Positions 56,097 to 64,000 of a stretch of 64,000 nucleotides of DNA are shown piece by piece. This DNA is from Arenicellales bacterium. GTDB lineage: Bacteria; Pseudomonadota; Gammaproteobacteria; Arenicellales; Poriferihabitantaceae. Positions within the stretch are counted from its first letter, which is position 1. Each line of letters begins with the position of its first letter. The notes beneath the pieces were generated by a model that worked only from the letters and a program-made list of their open reading frames with translations, was not told where the DNA came from and did no database searches. Location of the stretch: the NCBI GenBank assembly GCA_963663315.1, contig OY760176.1, forward strand, positions 69,822 through 133,821. The letters are read 5' to 3'. The translations under genes were made by a program, and so were the position numbers.

Positions 56097-57500
56097 ATGG
56101 CAACGCCAGATCAACTCATGCCTGGCTTCTATCTTTCCGCTTCCCGAAAGTCTTCCGGCAAAACGATTGTGTCAATCGGCATTTGCGCTGCTCTTGGTGC
56201 GCGCAGCAGAAAGGTTCAGCCATTCAAGAAAGGGCCTGATTACATAGACCCGCTGTGGTTGAGCCAGGCTGCCGGAACCCACTGCTATAACCTGGATTTC
56301 AATACGCAGAGTCCCGAGCAGATCGTCCGGTTTTTTTCGCGTCGATCCAGTGGTTCAGACATGGTTATCGTTGAGGGCAACAAGGGTCTGTATGATGGTG
56401 TTTCGATTGACGGGCATGACAGCAACGCTGCGCTGGCGAAACTGTTGGCGCTGCCTGTAATACTGGCGCTTGATACCCGGGGAATCACCCGCGGCGTTGC
56501 GCCGTTGCTCCTCGGATACCAGCAGTTTGATCCGGATATCCACTTCAAGGGCATTATTTTGAACAGGGTTGCTGGCCCCAGGCACGAACAAAAATTGAGG
56601 GCGAACATCGAGACGTATACCGATTTTGAAGTAATCGGCTCAATACCGAACGATGACCGCTTGTCGATCAATGAAAGGCATCTCGGGCTTACACCCAGTA
56701 ACGAGGTTGACCGGATAGAGGCCAGGATTGAGGCGATCAGGGATGTTATTGAAGACAGTGTGGATGTTGACCTCCTTGTTCCGGACAAATCAGGACCTCG
56801 ACAGGCAGAGTATGAAAGGGCAGCCAAAAGAGTGACGTCCGGGCACAAGGTAACCGATGTGTGCATCGGCGTGCCGAAAGATGCTGCATTCGGTTTTTAC
56901 TATGCGGATGATCTTCAGGCATTTTCAGACAATGGCGCCGAAATCGTCCATTTCAGTACAATAGAAGATGACGGCATACCCGAGGGACTTGATGGCTTGT
57001 TTATTGGCGGTGGTTTCCCGGAAGTTTATCTGGATGAACTCGGTAATAATTCAGCCATGCGGCAATCAGTACTCGAATTCATCAATGCCGATGGCCCGGT
57101 CTATGCTGAATGCGGCGGGCTGATGTATCTGGCAAATTCAATACGATGGAATGGCAGGCAGGTGGAAATGGTCGGCGCGTTGCCAGTTAATGTGGTGATG
57201 GAGGACAAGCCTGTGGGCCGTGGATATGTCAAATTGCGTGAAACCGGCGATTCGATCTGGGGCGAACTGGTGGCAGCGAATGAGACCATTCATGCCCATG
57301 AGTTTCACTATTCCAGAGTTGAAATAACCGGAGACATCGATCATTTTGCTTTTGAGGTCAAGCGCGGATGGGGGCTGGATGGGAAGCGTGACGGCATGGT
57401 CTGCAAAAACGTTCTGGCCGGTTATTCCCATTTGCGGTCGGCGGGTGGTGTAGACTGGGTATCGAGATTTGTTGATTTTGTAAGACAATGCAAAACCTGA
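56097..57500 (+). CDS. dsrN: DsrN, cobyrinate a,c-diamide synthase-like siro(haem)amide synthase
   Basis: 467 aa. N-terminal P-loop SSGKT and a C-terminal glutamine amidotransferase region (YAECGGLMYL, H...E). Last gene of the dsr unit. Confidence 0.85.
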   Translation: MATPDQLMPGFYLSASRKSSGKTIVSIGICAALGARSRKVQPFKKGPDYIDPLWLSQAAGTHCYNLDFNTQSPEQIVRFFSRRSSGSDMVIVEGNKGLYDGVSIDGHDSNAALAKLLALPVILALDTRGITRGVAPLLLGYQQFDPDIHFKGIILNRVAGPRHEQKLRANIETYTDFEVIGSIPNDDRLSINERHLGLTPSNEVDRIEARIEAIRDVIEDSVDVDLLVPDKSGPRQAEYERAAKRVTSGHKVTDVCIGVPKDAAFGFYYADDLQAFSDNGAEIVHFSTIEDDGIPEGLDGLFIGGGFPEVYLDELGNNSAMRQSVLEFINADGPVYAECGGLMYLANSIRWNGRQVEMVGALPVNVVMEDKPVGRGYVKLRETGDSIWGELVAANETIHAHEFHYSRVEITGDIDHFAFEVKRGWGLDGKRDGMVCKNVLAGYSHLRSAGGVDWVSRFVDFVRQCKT

Positions 57501-57539
57501 TGCTGTCGTTATCAATCATCAAATCACAGTATAATTCCC

Positions 57540-58232
57540 TTGAACCCAGAGGTTGACCAGCGATCATTAATCATGCTTTCGGATCAGGAACAATCAATTC
57601 AACAGTCCCGTATGCTGGAAAGGACTGATCTTGCCCATGAGTTGCATGATTCCCTGGCCCAGACACTGGCCAGCGTTCGTTACTACATTCGTAATCTCGA
57701 TCATGCGATTCAGGGCGGGGATGAGTGTGAAATTTACGAACTGCTGGAAGTGGTGGAAGATAACGTGGAGATCGCGAATACCGAGCTGCGTGCGCTGATC
57801 AGCCGATTTCGTGCGCCTATGGAGGAAGACAGTTTCATCCCGGCCATAGAAGGCATCATTCGCAAATACCGGGATGAGACAGGCTTGAATGCGGTTTTTC
57901 AGAACCGGCTGGGAGAGTCTGATTTTCCACCCGTCGTGGTCACCCAGGTGGTCAGGATCGTCCAGGAAGCAATGGCGAATATTCGCAAGCATGCTAAAGC
58001 GAACATGATTCGCGTGATGCTGTATTTCGAATCGGAATGCTACCATCTGCTGATCGAAGATGATGGCATCGGCTTTGATCAGGAAATGTTGCCGGACGGC
58101 AGGAATGAGCATTTTGGTTTGAAGGTAATGCGTGAACGAGCTGCCCGGATTGATGGCGAACTCGGCATTGACAGTGTTCCCGGCGAAGGCACCCGAATTT
58201 GCCTTGTATTTCCTGAACAGGGACAATTCTGA
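57540..58232 (+). CDS. Sensor-less HisKA_3-type histidine kinase (NarX/DegS class)
   Basis: H-box LAHELHDSLAQTLA, then the N-box (EAMANIRKHA) and G-boxes (EDDGIGF, GEGT). No TM or recognisable input domain. The start may be M12 at 57573. Confidence 0.8.
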   Translation: MNPEVDQRSLIMLSDQEQSIQQSRMLERTDLAHELHDSLAQTLASVRYYIRNLDHAIQGGDECEIYELLEVVEDNVEIANTELRALISRFRAPMEEDSFIPAIEGIIRKYRDETGLNAVFQNRLGESDFPPVVVTQVVRIVQEAMANIRKHAKANMIRVMLYFESECYHLLIEDDGIGFDQEMLPDGRNEHFGLKVMRERAARIDGELGIDSVPGEGTRICLVFPEQGQF

Positions 58233-58873
58233 TGAAATTGCTTGTAATTGATGATCACACATTATTCCGGGCCGGACTGAAAAGTCTGCTGGAGCGAAGA
58301 AAAATTGATGTGGTTGAGGCCGGCGATGGAGGGGCAGGGATAGCATTGCTGGCCAGGGAAGAGTTTGAAATCATTCTGCTTGACTTGAGAATGCCGGATA
58401 TGAGCGGGCTCGATGTTCTGCAGTGGCTACGACAGGCGCGGATCAAAACCCCTGTTGTCATGTTGTCGACCTCCAGCGAAGAAAAGGACCTGATTGAATC
58501 CCTGCGACTCGGTGCACAGGGTTATCTGCTGAAGGATATGGACCCGGATGATCTGGTCAAATCATTGAGAAATGTACTGGATGGAGAAACCGTTGTTGCT
58601 CCTGACCTGACCGGGGTATTGGCCAGTGCAGTCCAAAAAGAGGTGACCACCAGTAATTCGTCCACCTTTCAGTCGGTCCGTGATGTATTGACTTCAAGAG
58701 AGATGGATGTACTGAAGGATATAACAAAAGGGTGGAGCAACAAAATTATTGCCAGAGACCTCGGCATTACTGATGGCACGGTCAAGTTGCACGTCAAATC
58801 CATTCTCAGAAAACTCAATGTCCATTCCAGGGTCGAAGCCGCCGTGATTGCAGTAGAAGAAGGACTGGGTTGA
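58232..58873 (+). CDS. NarL/FixJ-family response regulator
   Basis: Receiver domain (LVIDDH, ILLDLRMPDMSG) and a LuxR-type HTH (LTSREMDVLKDITKGWSNKIIARDLGITDGTVKLHV). ATGA overlap with the kinase gene. Confidence 0.9.
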   Translation: MKLLVIDDHTLFRAGLKSLLERRKIDVVEAGDGGAGIALLAREEFEIILLDLRMPDMSGLDVLQWLRQARIKTPVVMLSTSSEEKDLIESLRLGAQGYLLKDMDPDDLVKSLRNVLDGETVVAPDLTGVLASAVQKEVTTSNSSTFQSVRDVLTSREMDVLKDITKGWSNKIIARDLGITDGTVKLHVKSILRKLNVHSRVEAAVIAVEEGLG

Positions 58874-59559
58874 GCGCAATCGTGCGCGTGTGCAGTTCTT
58901 CACTGGCATTTAGAACCATGTCGTCCATGTCCATCAAGCGTTACCTTGGTCGATTCGAAGGTGAAAAACCATTAACCCTGGTCGGGCCATTTTGTAATCC
59001 ATCTGCGCCATTGGAGGAGCCGGTCATATTTGTCGATCGCGGTACCCGTTGCCGGAAATCCAGTCATGGTATTGCCGTCGGTGATGGTGATTCTTTCGAT
59101 GGTGAACTGGATATATTATTGAACCCCGACAAGGATTTTTCTGATCTGGCTTTTGCCCTGGTCAATATCCCGCAAGGATTTTCAGAGATTCATCTGCTTG
59201 GGTTTCTGGGCGGGCGACGGGATCATGAATTATTCAATTTCGGCGAGGTGCACCAGTTTTTGACAACAGCCGCACCAGTGCGGGTGCGGTTCGATGACAA
59301 GGTGGTTGTCTATTCCGCCGGACGATGGAGTTTCTGCCGTCATGGCGGATTCAGTCTCGGTGTGCTGGAAGAAACCCGGGTCAGGGTTGATGGTGATTGT
59401 CTGTATCGATGTACCGACCCGACGCTGTTCAAACCGTTCACTTCGCTGGGTTTGAGTAATATCGGAAGTGGTACAATACGGCTGGAGTGTTCTCAGCCGG
59501 TTTTTGTCTTTTTTGAGGATCTGGAATACTCGACAAACCGTCTGGATCACCCGCGCTGA
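58870..59559 (+). CDS. Thiamine pyrophosphokinase-like protein
   Basis: GDGDSFDG, NPDKDFSDLAFAL and LGGRRDHELFNF resemble the TPK motifs GDxDS / KDxTD / GGRxDH. The start is uncertain. Confidence 0.5.
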   Translation: MSAIVRVCSSSLAFRTMSSMSIKRYLGRFEGEKPLTLVGPFCNPSAPLEEPVIFVDRGTRCRKSSHGIAVGDGDSFDGELDILLNPDKDFSDLAFALVNIPQGFSEIHLLGFLGGRRDHELFNFGEVHQFLTTAAPVRVRFDDKVVVYSAGRWSFCRHGGFSLGVLEETRVRVDGDCLYRCTDPTLFKPFTSLGLSNIGSGTIRLECSQPVFVFFEDLEYSTNRLDHPR

Positions 59560-59567
59560 TCTTTGCC

Positions 59568-60440
59568 ATGACTGACCTGTTCGACTTCCAACCGGAATCT
59601 TCTGCCTTTGCAGTGATAGGAAATCCGGTCGCACACAGCCTGTCGCCGCTGATACACGGTCTGTTCGCCCGGCAATTCGGGATATTGCTCAGCTATGACC
59701 GAATCCAGGTGGATACTGGTGGCTTTGAGCAGGCAGTGAGCCATTTCTGCGCCCACGGTGGCGCGGGACTTAATATTACCATCCCTTACAAGGTTGAAGC
59801 CTGGAAAATGTGTGGTCAGGGGAAGCATAGTCTGTCAACAAGAGCGGACCTCGCCCGAGCCGTGAATACCCTGAGCATCGAAAAGTCAGGAAAAATCCAT
59901 GGTGACAATACCGATGGGGCAGGGCTGGTGACCGATCTTCAGAAAAATCTCGGTGTCTCCCTGCACAATAAAAACCTGCTGGTAATTGGCGCCGGCGGCG
60001 CTGTCCGCGGCGTTCTCGGTCCGCTTCTTGAATGCCGCCCTGCTTCAATCTCGGTCGTTAATCGTACATTTACCAAAGCCTACGATCTGGTAGAAGCATT
60101 TTCCACAACTGTGGACAGTAGTCGTACACTGCTTGCGAGCAGCCGTATTGAGGATTGCGTCAGGCAACGTTATGATCTGATTATCAACGGCACCGCAGCC
60201 AGCCTGGCCGGAATGTTGCCGGGAATCAGCGGGGCCTGCATCGATTCGAGTACGGTCGTCTATGATATGGTGTATGGCTCCTGTTCGACGGTTTTCATGA
60301 AATGGGCATTGTCCGAGGGTGCGGACCAGGCCCATGATGGATTGGGAATGCTGGTTGAACAGGCTGCGGAATCATTTTTTGCATGGCATCACAAAGCCCC
60401 GGATACGGAACCTGTTATCCAGGCAATTCGAAAACATTAG
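59568..60440 (+). CDS. aroE: Shikimate dehydrogenase
   Basis: 290 aa. AVIGNPVAHSLSPLIHG, NITIPYK, NTDG and GAGGAVRG motifs. Confidence 0.92.
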   Translation: MTDLFDFQPESSAFAVIGNPVAHSLSPLIHGLFARQFGILLSYDRIQVDTGGFEQAVSHFCAHGGAGLNITIPYKVEAWKMCGQGKHSLSTRADLARAVNTLSIEKSGKIHGDNTDGAGLVTDLQKNLGVSLHNKNLLVIGAGGAVRGVLGPLLECRPASISVVNRTFTKAYDLVEAFSTTVDSSRTLLASSRIEDCVRQRYDLIINGTAASLAGMLPGISGACIDSSTVVYDMVYGSCSTVFMKWALSEGADQAHDGLGMLVEQAAESFFAWHHKAPDTEPVIQAIRKH

Positions 60441-60455
60441 CCGGTAGGACGAGAC

Positions 60456-61364
60456 ATGGCACAGACATTTGGAAAAACCCTGGTGATTGCGATTTCTTCA
60501 AGGACACTGTTTGATCTGTCCGAGAGCCATCAGGTCTTTGAAAATGAAGGCATTGACGCTTATTGCAAATACCAGATCCGTCATGAGACAGAAAAGCTGG
60601 CGCCGGGCATCGCTTTCCCGATGGTCAGGAAATTTCTTTCTCTGAACCGAAACACCGATAAGAATGCCCCGCATGTGGAAATTGTTCTGGTGTCGAGAAA
60701 CAGTGCGGATACGGGTTTGCGCATATTCAATTCGATTCAACATTATGGGCTCGATATCACCCGTGCCGCTTTTACCGGGGGCAGTATAGCTTATCCTTAT
60801 GTCGAGGCATTCGGCGCCGATTTATTCCTGTCGGCTGACCAGGAAGCTGTAAGAAAGGCACTCGATGCAGGTCATGCGGCAGCCACCATTTTACCGTCCC
60901 GGGCCGATCACTATGAGAATAATTCCGATGGCGATCAACTGAAAATCGCTTTTGATGGCGATGCCGTCATTTTCTCTGATGAGGCAGAACAGGTTTTTCA
61001 GGAAAAAGGGTTGGCCGCTTTCGCTGAAAATGAGAAGCAGGCCGCCAATAATCCGTTGCCTGGCGGTCCTTTCAAGAAATTTCTTTCTGCCCTGCACCAG
61101 ATTCAACAAAACCATGATGAGTCGCCGATACGGACTGCCTTGATAACTGCGCGGGCGGCCCCTGCCCATGAGCGCGTGATCAAAACCCTGCGTGCGTGGG
61201 ATGTACGTATCGATGAGAGCTATTTTCTTGGCGGTATGGATAAGGCAGTGTTTCTGAAATCCTTCAGAGCGGATATATTTTTCGACGACCAGTACAGCAA
61301 TTGTGAATCAGCAGGACAACACGTTCCGACAGGACATGTACCGAGCGGTATTGCCAACCGCTGA
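60456..61364 (+). CDS. 5'-Nucleotidase-family protein (cN-I-like, PF06189-type)
   Basis: 302 aa. LVIAISSRTLFDL...VFENEGIDAYCKYQ...VEIVLVSRNSADTGLRIFNSIQHYGLDI matches my memory of this bacterial family. Confidence 0.65.
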   Translation: MAQTFGKTLVIAISSRTLFDLSESHQVFENEGIDAYCKYQIRHETEKLAPGIAFPMVRKFLSLNRNTDKNAPHVEIVLVSRNSADTGLRIFNSIQHYGLDITRAAFTGGSIAYPYVEAFGADLFLSADQEAVRKALDAGHAAATILPSRADHYENNSDGDQLKIAFDGDAVIFSDEAEQVFQEKGLAAFAENEKQAANNPLPGGPFKKFLSALHQIQQNHDESPIRTALITARAAPAHERVIKTLRAWDVRIDESYFLGGMDKAVFLKSFRADIFFDDQYSNCESAGQHVPTGHVPSGIANR

Positions 61365-61377
61365 ACAAATGGACGGA

Positions 61378-62631
61378 TCAAGGCAGCAGGCGTTCCCCTG
61401 CGTATAGCGATGCCAACTCTTCTCTTGGTTTAATGATGTGGTATTGATCGCCGTCGACCATGACTTCCGCCGAGCGGGGACGTGAATTGTAATTTGAGCT
61501 CATCACCGAACAATAGGCTCCGCAGGTCCTGACCGCGAGCAGGTCATTTTCCCTGACTTGCAGGGTATGGCCCTTGCCGAGAAAATCACTGCTTTCACAG
61601 ACCGGACCCACTACATCATAAACTTCAGATTGCGTATTGGGATTCTGCTCTACTTCAATGATCTCCTGCCAGGCCTGATACAGGGAAGGTCGGATCAGGT
61701 CATTCATTCCCGCATCGACCACACAAAAATTCGAGGCCTCTCCCTTTTTCAGATAATGCACCCGGGTCAGCAAGATGCCGGCATTCGCCATGATCGCCCG
61801 CCCCGGTTCGATTGCAATCTGAATCTTATCCTGACGGTGGCGTAATTGATCATACATCATTTGCCAGTACTGATTCGGGTCGGGTGGTTGCTCATCGAAG
61901 TAGCGCACTCCGAGACCGCCGCCGAAATCAATCTGCGTCAGCGTGATGCCGTGGTCGGACAACTGGTCAACGAAATGCAATACCCGTTTCAAGGCATCGC
62001 GATACGGCGACAGTTCGGTGATTTGGGAGCCAATGTGGCAGGCCACACCGTGAATCTTGAGATTCCGGTCTTTTGCCGCGGTTAAATAGATTGGCAGAGC
62101 CTTGTCAGGCGATAGCCCGAATTTGTTGTTGCGAAGACCGGTCGAGATATAGGGGTGGGTTTTTGAATCGACATCGGGATTAATCCGTACTGAGATCTCC
62201 GCAACCGTACCGAGTTCACAGGCAATACTGCTGATGTGATCGACTTCGCCCTGGGATTCGATATTGAAGCGGCTGACTCCGGATTCGAGTGCCAGACGGA
62301 TTTCCCAATCCTGTTTGCATACACCGGAAAAAATGACCTTGGCCGGGTCACCTCCCGCCTTGATCACTTTCAACAATTCACCACCCGATACGATGTCAAA
62401 GCCCGACCCAAGGCGGGCCAGCAGGTTGAGAACTGCCAGATTATCGTTCGCTTTTACTGAGTAGCAAATCTGGTGGGGATAGTTCCCGAATGCGTCGTTG
62501 AAGGCATGCCAGTGTCTTTCCATGGTTGCGCGGGAATAGATATAGCACGGTGTGCCGATTTCTTCGGCAATCTTCGCCACAACCACATTCTCGGCGCACA
62601 ATGCGCCATTGCGATACTCAAAGTGATCCAT
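61378..62631 (-). CDS. lysA: Diaminopimelate decarboxylase
   Basis: 417 aa. PLP-lysine block CYSVKAN, FGGGLGVRY and GPVCESSDFL. Confidence 0.93.
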   Translation of the reverse strand: MDHFEYRNGALCAENVVVAKIAEEIGTPCYIYSRATMERHWHAFNDAFGNYPHQICYSVKANDNLAVLNLLARLGSGFDIVSGGELLKVIKAGGDPAKVIFSGVCKQDWEIRLALESGVSRFNIESQGEVDHISSIACELGTVAEISVRINPDVDSKTHPYISTGLRNNKFGLSPDKALPIYLTAAKDRNLKIHGVACHIGSQITELSPYRDALKRVLHFVDQLSDHGITLTQIDFGGGLGVRYFDEQPPDPNQYWQMMYDQLRHRQDKIQIAIEPGRAIMANAGILLTRVHYLKKGEASNFCVVDAGMNDLIRPSLYQAWQEIIEVEQNPNTQSEVYDVVGPVCESSDFLGKGHTLQVRENDLLAVRTCGAYCSVMSSNYNSRPRSAEVMVDGDQYHIIKPREELASLYAGERLLP

Positions 62632-62639
62632 ATTGCAGG

Positions 62640-62810
62640 TCAGGACAGATCAACTGACGTTGCAACAGACCCTTCAATCGATGACACTTCAACCGACTGG
62701 TCAACCTGTTCCTGTTCGGCTTCGTCCGGGGGCAGGTATAACGGGCCTTTCTGGCCACAGGCGGTCATCCACAAACAAATGAGCAGACTCACAATCAGTG
62801 TTTTTATCAT
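62640..62810 (-). CDS. lptM: Small lipoprotein LptM/YifL family
   Basis: Not in the ORF track (56 aa). My own translation gives MIKTLIVSLLICLWMTACGQKGPLYLPPDE.... It has a lipobox (MTAC) followed by the GQKGPLYLP signature, in the classic position just upstream of lysA. Confidence 0.8.
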   Translation of the reverse strand: MIKTLIVSLLICLWMTACGQKGPLYLPPDEAEQEQVDQSVEVSSIEGSVATSVDLS

Positions 62811-62856
62811 TTGATATAAATCGGGTTCTGGAGTGGAATATGGGCAAACTTCGATT

Positions 62857-64000
62857 CTATACCGGATCGACCCCTCTTGTATCGAGTAATTCCCGCGCTT
62901 TTACAACCTGTTCGCTGACCCTTTCAGGAGCGGTGCCACCAAAATGATTGCGCGCATTGACCGACCCCTCAAGGGTCAGTATCTGATAAACATCCTCCTC
63001 TATGAGATTACAGAATGACTTCAATTTGTCGAGTTTTATGGCTGACAGCGGCTGGTCGCTGTGCAGAGCATGACTGACGATCTTTCCCACGATCTCATGC
63101 GCGTCGCGAAACGGTATGTTCCTGCTGACCAGATAGTCGGCAAGATCAGTTGCCGTGGCATGTCCGCGTGACGCCGCACGCCGCATCGCATCGCGATTTA
63201 TTTTCATCTGAGGAACCATCGCGGCAAAAACCTGAAGGCACAAAAGCAGGGTATCGACAGTATCAAACAAGGGTTCCTTGTCTTCCTGATTATCGCGATT
63301 GTATGCAAGCGGTTGTCCTTTCATCAAAACCAGTAATGCCACCAGGTTTCCAATCACCCTGCCATTCTTGCCCCGGGTCAACTCCGCGACATCGGGATTT
63401 TTCTTTTGTGGCATGATGCTTGATCCGGTACAGAACTGATCACCCAGATCGACAAAGCCGAAGGCATCCGAAGACCATAACACCAGTTCTTCGGATATAC
63501 GGGACAGATGTACCATCAAAAGGGCGCCATGGCCCAGAAATTCAACAATGAAATCCCGGTCTGAAACCGCATCAAGCGAGTTACCCGAAACTTCGTCAAA
63601 GCCAAGTTCCCGGGCGGTCATTTCCCGGTCAATCGGAAATCCGGTTCCGGCCAGCGCTGCGCTGCCGAGCGGACAGACATTGATCCGGCGCCTGCACTCG
63701 CGCAATCGCTCAAAATCCCGCTGGAACATTTCGTTCCAGGCCAGAACATGATGCCCAAAAGTAACGGGTTGAGCGGATTGCATGTGAGTATAGCCTGGCA
63801 TGATTGTCCCGACCTCCGTGTCTGCAAGTTCAACCAGCGTGTACTGGAGCCGGGTCAGATGGTAGCAGATCCGGTCAACTTCCTGTCGCAGATACAGTCG
63901 CATGTCAGTCGCAATCTGATCATTTCTGCTGCGCCCGGTATGGAGTTTTTTGCCTGCTTCGCCTATTCGTGCAGTCAGCGCCGATTCGATATTCATATGG
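62857..64000 (-). CDS. argH: Argininosuccinate lyase (5' end beyond the window)
   Basis: [14 protein letters not shown] and [12 protein letters not shown] fumarate-lyase signatures. The ORF runs to the window edge, so the N-terminus is missing. Confidence 0.93.
   Translation of the reverse strand, partial: HMNIESALTARIGEAGKKLHTGRSRNDQIATDMRLYLRQEVDRICYHLTRLQYTLVELADTEVGTIMPGYTHMQSAQPVTFGHHVLAWNEMFQRDFERLRECRRRINVCPLGSAALAGTGFPIDREMTARELGFDEVSGNSLDAVSDRDFIVEFLGHGALLMVHLSRISEELVLWSSDAFGFVDLGDQFCTGSSIMPQKKNPDVAELTRGKNGRVIGNLVALLVLMKGQPLAYNRDNQEDKEPLFDTVDTLLLCLQVFAAMVPQMKINRDAMRRAASRGHATATDLADYLVSRNIPFRDAHEIVGKIVSHALHSDQPLSAIKLDKLKSFCNLIEEDVYQILTLEGSVNARNHFGGTAPERVSEQVVKARELLDTRGVDPV

Overview
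This 64-kb chromosomal window looks like it comes from a sulfur-oxidising proteobacterium. That is my inference from an oxidative-type dsrABCMKLJOPN operon and from lptM-lysA, argH and aroE housekeeping genes. All calls come from reading ORF translations and nucleotide motifs by eye; no searches or computations were run.

Layout:
(i) 0.2-8.1 kb: a minus-strand catabolic unit with a TRAP transporter (dctP/Q/M-type), a HisD-family (HpsN-like) dehydrogenase, an SDR and a Zn-ADH. An amidinotransferase-fold gene and cspA sit alongside.
(ii) 8.2-16.0 kb: pncA, a SAM methyltransferase, a five-gene HAAT-family ABC transporter and a translationally coupled 471-aa membrane protein.
(iii) About 16.0-40.0 kb: a visibly GC-richer mosaic island.
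- It contains two mirror-image tandem tyrosine-integrase doublets.
- Two inverted, near-identical IS3-family copies bracket 12.5 kb. That segment holds an orphan hsdR, a complete di-myo-inositol-phosphate-like pathway, and an IS21 element split by an IS256 element with a 9-bp target duplication.
- It also holds several decayed transposase and integrase relics, plus ICE-type DUF2493/SLOG and truncated Toprim genes.
- A third IS3-family element closes the island.
(iv) 41.5-46.1 kb: an AT-richer accessory strip with an Xre-RES toxin-antitoxin pair, a higA relic, and a four-gene operon ending in a stand-alone Cas6/Cmx6-like RAMP protein. This operon is my top candidate for an undescribed system.
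(v) 46.6-57.5 kb: the dsr operon, which lacks dsrEFH.
(vi) 57.5-64.0 kb: a two-component system, a TPK-like gene, aroE, a 5'-nucleotidase-family gene, lysA, lptM (absent from the ORF track) and a partial argH.

I found no rRNA gene, tRNA gene or CRISPR array.
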